From Macrostomum lignano (lineage: Eukaryota), in assembly GCA_002269645.1 (NCBI GenBank), contig NIVC01000004.1, positions 496,001 through 560,000 on the forward strand: a DNA stretch of 64,000 bases, given 5' to 3'. The position numbers were made by a program, and so were the translations under genes. Positions 1 to 11,200 of this stretch are shown piece after piece. Below the pieces are notes generated by a model. That model was not told the origin of the DNA. It worked only from the letters and a program-made list of their open reading frames with translations, and ran no database searches. How positions within the stretch are numbered: the stretch's first letter is position 1; each line of letters opens with the position of its first letter.

Positions 1-226
1 CGCCCATCTACTTTAGTTGTCCATGAGTGAGTCAGCCTGGATACCATCATTTGACTGCCGATTTACTCGTAGTCTACGGTTAGGGTTTAGGTTAGAGTTG
101 GGATTTAGGCCGGGTTTAGGTTAGGTTTAGGGTTTAGATTTAGGTTAGGGTTAAGGTCAGCAGTCGATTTGTGGTTGTCAATTGTCGCAGAACCGAGTCA
201 GCCAAGATCAAGGGTCTTCTACTCAC

Positions 227-3200
227 TTTCAGGACGCGAACGTCGTGCACAATGTTGATGATGGTCAGGGGCAGCCAGGACAGGCTGAACACCACCGCGA
301 TGGTGACCAGCAGCAGGTTGGCCCGGCGCTGCCGCACGGCCTCGGCGGCTTCTCGGTTGGCCTGGTAGGCGGACCGGTGGTCGCCCCGCTGCTTCAGGCT
401 GCGCATCCGGTGCTGCAGGCGGACGCAGATTCTGGCATAGGCAGCCACCACAATGCCCAGAGGTACCAGGTACTGCACCACCATCACACCGCTGCCGTAA
501 GCTAGCTTAGCATATCGGATGAAAATTCGCGAAGTTGTCTCGCTGCAGATGTTCAGCGGCTTTTGATTTTGCAGCCGGTTCTGCTCGATGGTGGCGAACA
601 GAAACAGCGGGCTGGCCATCATGCCAGCGGCGCCCCAGATGGCCAGCAGGCACAGAGCCATGGTGCGCCGCTCCATCCTGGTGCGAGTTGGGTACACGAT
701 CACCTGCAGGTTAAGATGAGGCATGTAAAGTTGTGGCTGATAGAGTATGAGCTGTCGTGCTGTATAATCCAAGCTTTGGGCACCTAAATTTTCCCTTCTC
801 TTTGTACTGTGTTCGATGCTCAGTTCTTGGATGACTTCCCTTAACAGTAGAAAGACCACGCTATTTTTCCCATGGGGAAAGACCATGGGGGTGCATTACA
901 AATACACACGACCCATTTCACGATATCTCGCAAACCGAATTACTGATTTTTGTAAAAGTCCACCATACAGATCAAAATTTTCCGCCCTTTCCGACGAACT
1001 AACTTTCAAAGTCATCCGACGTCAGAATCGTCGAGATATTCAACGATTCTTGTCTAAGACACTGGTGGCAAGGACAACTAACACTACACTGTATAAATTT
1101 TTACGGTATATCCATATTGGCTCAATAATCTGGGTCCATCTGTCGCAGAAGCCTTTGTTCTCAGCATCACAGACACCAGGGTCTCCTTCATCTCCGTCTG
1201 GAGCATCGGCGGTGACCGTCGGGACCTTCAACAAAAGCACCCGATCGGCATCTCAGAGGCGGCTGCCTTCCCAAAACTGAAATGGAATAATCCTCTTCTG
1301 CATGCAGCATTCAGTCAGTAGACACAATCGGTGAATGAAATGGACGATGGCGACTCTCTAGGCTGACCTGTAGACATACAGGCGACCTTCAGGACCTTCA
1401 ACGGGGTGCCACCACGCGGCCCCGACGAGCTGGCACCCCCCACATTGTGATTTTTCTATCTAGACACCAAACCAGGCATGTCTGCATATTATACAATGGT
1501 CCAGCACCATGTTAAATTCGAAACTGCCGAACATCGTCAGCGGACTGCCACAACGGACAAATTCTACGGCATCCGACACCTTTGTCAGCCAGCTGAGCCA
1601 TCCTGTCCTTTTCGGGCCTGCCTCTGCGTCGACGAAACTCTGGTTGTCTACTGGGGTGTGGATTGTGACTTCACGGTCTTTCTGAAGGAGAAGCCCGTCG
1701 CAATGGTGCCAAGCTGTTCCTGCTGACATCGGCTGGGAATCCAGAGATTCAGGATGACATGGACATCCGCTATGTGTTCAATGCGGAAATCTGCACTGGC
1801 AAAGGACACTGCTGTCCACTACTTTTGCATCACAGGGATTTGATGCTCGGCTGGCCAAGGGCTCCGAGGTGTGGAGTGATGAGCAAGTTGTTTGCCGCTT
1901 GGCTGATCCATTCAAAGGACACTGGTACAACATCACATGTGACAGATTCTTCTCGAGTCCTGCGCTGGTCAATAACTTGTACCGAGAAATGGGATTCTCG
2001 TTTCTTGGAACAGTGATGCGCACTTGTGGTGGCCTGCCAGCCGATCTCAAGAATACAACTAAAACCATGGCTCCACACACGAGCGAATTCCGGTTTTCTG
2101 AGGAACTCACGTGTGTGTCCAACTGCCCCAAGGCGGGCCGAAACGTGATGTTGCTGTCCACCATGCATCACGACAGAAAATTGCTTCCCAATGGCAAGCC
2201 TGTAGAAATAGGCACGTTCTACAATTCTACCAAGAGTGGCACGGACACCTGTAACAGGATTTTCCGCACATCCGACTGCAAGCAAAATTCCGACTCATCA
2301 TGCGAGAAGGCAATCTTCTCCGGCGGCATACTCAACATAGCAGCTGTGAATGCCGCTGCTATCTGGAGACTGGCGCACCCGGAGCTCTGCCCCTCGCCGA
2401 ACTATCGCAACGAGTTCCAGCGCAAGGCAGCTGCGCAACTTCTGCAACCTCTGATCGAGGAGCGCTCGCAATCGGCCGCTCTTCTTCAAAATCTGTCCAA
2501 TCATCACAGGCTGATGTTCCAGCTCGCAGGTTGTCGACTCAACGACGAGCAAATGAAGGAACAGGCACGCGAAGCGGCGGCTGTGGTGTCAGTTGGTGGC
2601 AGAAAGCGCTGTGCAACACGCGCGAGACAAAAGTCAAAGGACGAGAAGCTTTGAGTGCGACAACAAGGAAGTGTTGCATGTGTGACGAAGGAATTTGCCG
2701 AAGACACACTGCGATGAAAATTGACTCCGCTTTTGTGTCTACGTGTCGGTGTTCAGATCCTTCTGCTTTGAATTTGCTGTACCATCATTTTTGACATGCT
2801 GTAATATCATTTTTGACATGCTGTAATATCATTTTTTACAAATAATATATTTTATATTTTTCAGTCGCGAGTTAAATCTGTAACTCTCCAATTTAACAAG
2901 GTGCAGGACCATTGTATAATATGCAGACATGCCTGGTCTGGTGTCTTAATATAAAAACGATGTTGGGGGTGCCACCTCATCGGGGCCGCGTGGTGGCACC
3001 CCGTTGAAGGTCCTGAAGGTCGTCCAGACAGAGCTGAATGCTGAACATGGTGCAGGACCATTGTATAATATGCAGACATGTCTGGTTTGGTGCCTTGATA
3101 GAAAAATCACGATGTTGGGGGTGCCAGCTCGTCGGGGCCGCAAGGTGGCACTCCGTTGAAGGTCCTGAAGGTCGCCTGTATGTCTAAAGGTCAGCCTAGA

Positions 3201-4769
3201 GAGTAGCCATCGTCCATTTCATTCACCGATTGTGTCTACTGACTGAATGCTGGATGCAGAAGAGGATTATTCCATTTCAGTTTTGGGAACGCAGCCGCCT
3301 CTGAGATGCCGATCGGGTGCTTTTGTTGAATCGAAGGTCCCGACGGTTTTGTGAGATTTTGTGAGCAGAAAAAATTGCTAATGTTGGTGTTTTTTTGTCA
3401 CCAGACACCCCGAGGAGAATCGTTGAATATCTCGACGATGCCGATTTTTTGTGATTCTCAAAGTTGCTCCATTGAATAGAGTGGAAAATTTTAGCCCGTG
3501 TTCTGGATTTTCATGGCAATTGGTTGAATATTTTCGGAGATACAGACAAAGGAAAAATGTGTGTACTTGAAATACACCCCCATGGTCTTTCTACTGTTAA
3601 ACATATACTTGTTTCAAATCCAGATATCTCGGTAGTAGTATATAGGGTTTTTTAGTTGGACAGTTTTTCTCGGATTTTTTCTTAGTCTAAGAATAAGAAT
3701 TTCCCTGCCCACCATCCACAATACGCTGTCATCGTATCAGTCACAAATAATGAGAAAGGCCGTGCGAACGCATTGTAAAATGAACAGCCTTTACCGTTGA
3801 TGGCAAGGAATCTCGCACTGGACAACGAAATATGAACTGACTGACTCACTGTTTTCTGCTATCGAGCTTTCTTGGACTCGAATCGTCACTAGCATATGAG
3901 CATGCAGCAATAATAGCTTAGGCTCTTTGCTACTTTTAGTTCATAAGGTCCTAATGTCCTAAAAGTCTCGTTACGATACTCGTAGAAGCTGACCTCTCAT
4001 TTCCAACCTCAAACTATTCTCTTTGTATTGAAGTTAAAGTGCCACTCAAGAACTGGCTGGCTTTGATCGCATGAGCATGGAGACTGAGGGATAGAGGCTG
4101 CTCTCGAGTTCGAAGGACCTTTGGGACACTCAATCCTCTGCATGCATCCACCAATGGAGAACCTAACTGGTTGCCTTTGAGAACATAGTGGCGCAGAATT
4201 CACCAAGGCTCAATACAAGTTGGCGTTGGCCAACCCTCAATCAGACAGTCTAAACAGCCACTCCATCATCTACTCACCTGGAAGCGGTCCAGTGCGATGG
4301 CTGTAATCGAAAACGTGGACACAAACATATTGAGACCGGTGAGAGTGTTGACCACTTTGCAGAGAAGCTCGCCAAATTCCCAGCTGATGTAGTCGGGGAA
4401 CAGGCGCAGCAGGTTGAGCGGCTGCGTGAAGAGGCACAGAATGAAGTCGGACAGGGCCAGGTTGAATATGAAGAGGTTCCGGGCGGTGCGCATGGCCCGG
4501 TTGCGGCACACAGTCAGCATGACGAGGCCATTGCCGAACGCACCGAACAGGATGAATAGACAGTAGACTCCGATGATGGCGGCCAGGATCGGCAGGCCGC
4601 GGTCGCGCCGGTCGCTGATGCCCCGCTCCATGTCGCTGAAGATCTTCGTATAGCGCGAGTCGTTGAGGCACACGAAGAAGTTGTACATCGGCATGGCTTC
4701 GGCCGCCTGGCTGCCGGCATTCAAGTGGTGAGCGCACAGGCGGAAGCGAGGATTTTGGAACACGGACAT
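227..4769 (-). CDS. Neuropeptide F/Y-type (NPFR-like) class A GPCR; partial, continues off the left edge
   Basis: Exon 4278..4769 from the likely ATG (acceptor CAG at 4800-4802 suggests the exon starts at 4799) encodes GAFGNGLV...RAMRTARNLFIFNLALSD...TAIALDRFQ, i.e. TM1-TM3. A GTGAGT donor begins at 4277. Exon 227..703 starts after CAG in phase 0 with VIVYPTR..., covers TM4-TM6 (FSLSWLPL) and ends at a GTGAGT donor at 226. The joined motifs RTARNLFI-N and DRxQVIVYPTR match NPF/NPY-family receptors from memory. TM7 is missing from the window. Confidence 0.88.
841..3600. mobile_element. piggyBac-type composite element flanked by TTAA, with long inverted arms
   Basis: TTAA at 841-844 and 3597-3600. 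Terminal inverted repeat CAGTAGAAAGACCA. Diverged inverted similarity 870-1050 vs 3400-3596, and a near-identical ~300 bp inverted arm 1210-1513 vs 3044-3347. Lies in the GPCR intron. Confidence 0.85.
1516..2760 (+). pseudogene. Degenerate, 5'-truncated piggyBac (PGBD-like) DDD transposase
   Basis: Motifs are spread over several frames: DKFYGIR, CVDETLV..KP, YVFNAEICTGK, ITCDRFFSSPAL..FLGTV, RNVMLLSTMH, YNSTKSGTD, LNIAAVNA, and a C-terminal Cys-rich tail (RKRC...KCCMCDEGICRRH). Frameshifts and stops are present. Confidence 0.9.
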
Positions 4770-4913
4770 GCCGTCCCCATTGGCGTCCAGCGTGATTTTC
4801 TGAGACGCATGAAGGGAAATGAAGTGCTTGTGACAGAGAAATGACCCCTTGAAATAATTGTTTCCAGCTTTTTTAGAATTTACGAGAATTCGTATTGGTT
4901 TCAACCTGACTCT

Positions 4914-5435
4914 GAATTGAGTCTCAGTTTCCTACAGCTCATCAATCTGTTTATGCTGATCATTGCGAGCGGAATTGAGTCTCAGTTTCCTACAGCTCAT
5001 CAATCTGTTTATGCTGATCATTGCGAGCGGAATTGAGTCTCGGTTTCCTACAGCTCATCAATCTGTTTATGCTGATCATTGCGAGCGGAATTGAGTCTCG
5101 GTTTCCTACAGCTCATCAATCTGTTTATGCTGATCATTGCGAGCGGAATTGAGTCTCGGTTTCCTACAGCTCATCAATCTGTTTATGCTGATCATTGCGA
5201 GCGGAATTGAGTCTCGGTTTCCTACAGCTCATCAATCTGTTTATGCTGATCATTGCGAGCGGAATTGAGTCTCGGTTTCCTACAGCTCATCAATCTGTTT
5301 ATGCTGATCATTGCGAGCGGAATTGAGTCTCGGTTTCCTACAGCTCATCAATCTGTTTATGCTGATCATTGCGAGCGGAATTGAGTCTCGGTTTCCTACA
5401 GCTCATCAATCTGTTTATGCTGATCATTGCGAGCG
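4914..5435. repeat. 58-bp minisatellite, about 9 copies
   Basis: Unit GTCTCGGTTTCCTACAGCTCATCAATCTGTTTATGCTGATCATTGCGAGCGGAATTGA, nearly invariant. Confidence 0.95.
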
Positions 5436-8297
5436 GGCCAGCTGGATTTCCATTCAACAATTTTCGGTGCACCGAAATCCGAATCCAGCCGCTTTCACAG
5501 CTCGAGAGCGGCTGCATCGGAAATGGGAAAATTAGGCAACTCATGCGTAACTAGATTATTCTAAAGGGGAATATCCTGGGATAAAGAGCTCGGGGTAAGA
5601 TTAGGCGGGCAGCAACAGTGATGAGGAACAGAGAGACTGTCGTCAGAGATAGCGACAGCGAGCTAGAGCGGGAGGTCCTTTGCGATTAAAATTTGATGCC
5701 AATGTCTGCATTGCGAGAGATCCAAATCCTTTAGGGAATCGAATCCCTTCAGCCTCGGAGGAGGGGGGGGGCGGGAGGACAGCGTGCTTGTTCTCAAATG
5801 TAGGATGTAGCGACCGAAGCAGGCAGGCGTTAGCCCTGCCTTGAACAGCTTTATATTTCGGTTAAAATTAGCTCTTGGCAAGGCTGAGCTGAACCATTTG
5901 AAATCTGATGCACTCCCGTCTGAGCACAAACATTTTTGACTCAAAAGTGAAGAACAGAATAAAATTAGGATTTTCGACAAAAGATTGACGAGCTCAGAGC
6001 TCAGGTTTGCTCAGTAAGATCAGGGCTTGCTCTCACTGTCTCTGGTGTTGTTGTCACGCTGGAGCGCTCCATGATTGCTGTGCGGTGCAACTGTCACGAT
6101 GTTTGAGAGAGCAACACGGGCTCTGAGATTTTGGAAGCTTGCGCAGGCGAGCTGCGGAGGAAACTGGGCTGCGGGAGAGGCCACGGATGGCTGAGACGAG
6201 CTTATGGGCTCATCTGTGCGCTGCAGGTGAGGGCGGTCGGGAGGGTGTAGGCTCTGGGGGAGGGCGAATGGAATGCCGGTCGAGAGCAGGATGGGAGAAA
6301 GCGCGCTGCCTTCGAGTCCGATTTCTCTGCCCCAATATCTCTCTCCCTTTCCCGCACCTTCCGACTATCTGGAGCCGACAGCCGCCCACTGGACTCTGAA
6401 ACCTCCCCGAGGCCCAGCTCACGTCCAGCCAGCCTCCTCCCCCAGTCCTGACGGATGGGGACAGGGAATCGAGCGACTAGTGCATGCGCTCCCGGCCTAT
6501 CTGTCTCCTCTCCTCCTCTTCTTTCTCCGACCTCATTCGTTGGTCTCCTCTGTTCCTTCCTCTTTCAGTCATCAGCATTCAGTTTTCATATTCCTGTTTG
6601 TCGACACACGGGCGTTGGGTGAACCGCGGCAAAAAAAGAGATCGGGGACGGAAGCCGGCTCAAGCTGAGGATCGGGCGAGAGAACTGCCGCAGCTTGACT
6701 GGGCATAAAAACAGAATAAAGAGATTAAATTCTTAGACCATGCACGCCGGCAGCTCATGGCCTTATATAGTAAGCAGGATTTGTTTTTCTGAGCTTTGTA
6801 TACAGCTGAGCAAGCTTCAGCTATTAGTGAAAAATTGAGGCAACATGCGCACGTACACACTGGGGCATCCATCCGCAAAATCAAATTGATTAAAAAGCAC
6901 GTCTTCTTGCTGCTAACTTCCTCAGCTAGAACTAAACGCACCTCCTCTTGCATCAAATTAAAATTACCGGTTTGCTTACTGAATGCTTAATTGTATCAGA
7001 AGCGCATGCATTAAAATTATACAGTTGCTGTTGCTGTCTCATTGCTATACTAATTTCTTTTTTTCCTATGTGTTGTATATTCATGTACATGCATGTATGC
7101 GTACATGTATTTCTTTAGTATCTTTTTCTGAGAGCGTTTTCTATAGTGGATTTTCCGGTTAAGTTTTTGCCCTATTGAGAAAAAAAGGCGAAAAACCCTG
7201 AGAAAACAGTTGCAGTGTTGGCGAAAAGCCGGCAAAATGCTGGCTGGCTGGCGAAAGTGTGGGGAAGTTTTTTTCCGCTTTTTCTCATTTAAAACGCATA
7301 TAAGAATATCAACTAGTATAATTGTTGTGTTTTGCATCAATTTTATAAGCTTCAGCAAAATTTTTTCACGGGCGAATTTTCGCCAGCATTTCTTAAGCAC
7401 CGACGCCAATCAATGAAAAATAGGTGCCACAACAAAAACACTTGTAGATAGAACAATTTCTTTTTTGAAATTACGGTTGCCACGCAGTACATATTAGAGG
7501 AGTACTGTTGATAGTTAAACTTGAATTTAAACTCAGACTTTAAACTCATTTATAACTTTAATATACTTCGCTTTGCGCCCATTTTTTGCAGTCGATGTCG
7601 ATCAAATAGTCGATGCCTTTGAATTAGTTCCTTGTAATTCTTGGGAAAGCAGTTAAAAAATAATGAAAAATAATTTGAATATATGATGAGATATGTGTTA
7701 TTTTGAGGATTACTTTATGCCCATGCAATTGTCAATACTATTTTTTTCGTGACATTTCAGTCACAATATATGCACAATATTTATCGTAAAAGTTAAAATT
7801 AATGAGCAAAATTTGTATTCTGGATTATTAGATATAATTTTCTTATCAAAGAGGATTATAGATCTTTTTACGGTAAAGACTTTCACTTCGTCGATTTAAC
7901 GTCGCTCTTTTTATATTAAGAACTTAAATTGCCGGTATTCACGACTCTATGCTAAACAAATATAAGTAAAACCAGAGACAAAAGCTAAGTGCTAACTATT
8001 AAAGCTTTTGCTTCTAAATATGTTTAGGCAGTTAAATAAATTAAAGTAAGTGTCGGTAAAAAAATTTTTTATCTTGTATGCGATAATTTAAAGTCGGTAA
8101 AAACACAGGCTAGTTAAATCACATTATTTAAATAGTGTCATAGTCACCTATACTTATTCATTTATTTAATCCTACTCTTAATTAACATTGTGTCTGAATT
8201 TAACTTTCTAATTTAACTTCGGCAGTTTTGCAGCTGGTTACTAATTTTGTAAAGTCAGTTGTAATCGTACTATTATATTAGAACCGTTTCTCTCAAA

Positions 8298-11200
8298 ATG
8301 TTTGCCCTTGTCCAGCGAATCTTGGATTGGGTTAAGAGCCTTTTTTGGAAGGAAGAAATGGAGTTGACACTAGTTGGTCTTCAAAATTCAGGAAAGACAA
8401 CGTTCGTCAATGTGATCGCTGTAAGTTTTCTGCATCTTAGACCACATTAAATTCAGATTGAATCTGATACAAAGCATGTCAACAAAAACTGTGGCTTGTA
8501 TTTGTATGAAGTCAATTCATATATAGAATAGACCTATTCAAATTGAGTTTTCTCTTTTCACTTATTGACAACAATCTTAAATAACATGCTTCATTTAAAC
8601 TATATGTATATGTTTTATATATGTATTACTGGCTCATTAGTATTGGTTATTATTATCAATTAATATTGTCAGAATTAAGAACAAAACAAAACTTTAAAAG
8701 AAAGACATCTATAGACTAAGCTTTATCATTTTAGATCATGGCATTATCTTTTATAAGAATATGTTCTAGCAAAAAATGAAACAATGGACTATTATTTTCA
8801 AATCAATTTGAAATTAATGAGCTATATATATTATATTATTGATTAGAAAGGATTTTATTAAAATAAAGTTAGTTATTTTTAAAAATATTTTTATATTTCT
8901 AATTGATAAATCTCATTTTTTTAAACAGCAAGACACTTTTTAAAAATTGGTCTAGTGATAAAATAGTTTTCTCACATTAATATATATTATATATTATATA
9001 ATATATGTATATTGTCTTAATAAGAATAAATCTAATATATCTAGAATTTTTAGCATATGGATATGTAAAACCTTAATAACCATATTTTAAAACATTAGCC
9101 TTTAGCCTAAAACACTACATTGGAAGACTATGAAAATTATTTTTTTGCTATAACAAATGTCCTAGGTTTATTTTTTGTGCATAGAGTGTGCATATGGACC
9201 TTACATTTTAAAATTGCACCCTGAAATTATATAGTAGTGCTCCAATACTGTACGAATTTTGAGCAATAAAGGTATGTTTTCTTAGAAACCAAACTCGTGT
9301 GAAATACTAGATAAATATTTTGTTTTACCATACTGAATATTTTGTTTTACTGTGCAAAATAAATTGGGGAATTATTTTTTGTTTTAATCGTATAGGGGGG
9401 GAAACCACTGTATATAAGAGCGGTTTTGTAGCAAATAAACCAACTGTCTTTTACCTGTGAGCAATATTGCGAACAAAATAAGCAGTTCAATCTAAACCTT
9501 TCAAAGTCTTTCGAGTTGAATAGCGACTTATTCATTTGCAAAGTCTGAGAAACGATTCCAAGAGATTTGCTAAGAAAAGAGAATCGGGGAACAATTTGTA
9601 GAAGTATTACGAGAGGTGCCATGACCCTCTAGTCTCAGTAACGCCCGATTAGGACTATTCACTAATACATATACCAGTATTAGACCGCTCAGGCCATAAG
9701 CTACCAGAATGCTACCAGAAAGCTAGCCATAAGCTACCAGAACACTACCAGAAAGCTAGCCATAAGCTACCAGAATGCTCATACATGCGCAACTGCTGGC
9801 CGACCTGGCCGATCTGGCCACCGTAAATCGTGGCTGACCAGGGGTAAGTCGCAAAATTGAGTCAACCAAAAACAGAAAAACACAAGAACCAAAAAAGGCA
9901 AGAGGAAAGCGAAAGAAAGAGCAGTTCAGGGAAAATGGTGAAGCAAAAGAAAAACAATTCGCAAAAGAAGCAAACTAAGTTGTAAAAATAATCAGGCAAG
10001 TCGCAAAAAGGATCAGGTAAGTCGCAACAGGATTAGGTAAGTCGCAAAAAGGGTTAGGTAAGTCGCAAAAAGGATTAGGTAAGTCGCAAAAAGGGTTAGG
10101 TAAGTCGCAAAAAGGATTAGGTAAGTCGCAAAAAGGGTTAGGTAAGTCGCAAAAAGGATTAGGTAAGTCGCAAAAAGGATCAGCTAAGTCACAATAAGAG
10201 GGAAGTAAGTCACAATCAGAGGCAATCAGGGGGTAGTAGGTGCAAGTGTGGCAGGAGAGCAAAAACAGAATAGAAGCCTTCAACAACAGACAAGATCTTT
10301 GAAATCAGAAGCCCGCGTCAACAGTTTCCCATTGATTTCTTAAACTCTGGAGCAGGGGTCGGCAAACTCCGGCTCGCGAAGCCCCTCTATCTGGCCCTCG
10401 CCCCTCGGGTTCTTTGAAACTTCCTAACTACGAGTAGCAAGGTTGGTGTCTCTTCAACTCTCATCTCTCTCTTCTTCTCTACCTTGCCTCCCCTCTTCTC
10501 TCTCTCCCCCTTTTCCCTCTTCTCTCTCCTCTCATTTTTACTCTCCTCTCTTCTCACCCTTTCTCTCTACCCTTTCTCCTCAATGCCCTCTTCTCTCCTC
10601 TTATCTTCAGCAAAAATATGTGCATATTTTCTTACTTCAAAGTAGAGGGAATAGAAGATTAGAGATAAGCAAACAGAGGAGAGGCGAGCGATGCGATGGG
10701 AAAAAGATAGAAGAGGAGAGAAAAGCTGAGGGAGGAAAAAGAGATGAGAGAGAAGAGGAGATGAGAGGAAAGAGGAAAGAAAAGATGATGGATGAGATCA
10801 GAAGAGAGGAAAGAGGAAAGAGGAGAGAGTAGATGAGAGAAGAGAGGATAAAGAGGAGATGAGAGGAGAGTGAAGAGAGGAGAGATGAGAGAGTAGAAAA
10901 GAGAGGAGAGATAAGATGAGAGAGTAGAGTGGAGAGAGACGAGAGGGAAGATAAGATGAAAGAGTAGAGTGGAATGGAGAGAGACGAGAGGAGAAATAAG
11001 AATGTAGAGAGGAGACAGAAGAGATAGGAGAGGAGAGGAAAGAGAGGAGAGAGGAGAGGAAAGAGAGGAGAGAGGAGAGGAAAGAGAGGAGAGAGGAGAG
11101 GAAAGAGAGAAGGGATAAGGGATGAGAGAGAAAAGAAAAAGAGGATGAGAAGATTGAGGAATGGAGAGAATTTGCAAAGGCCTCAAATCTTAGTTTAACA

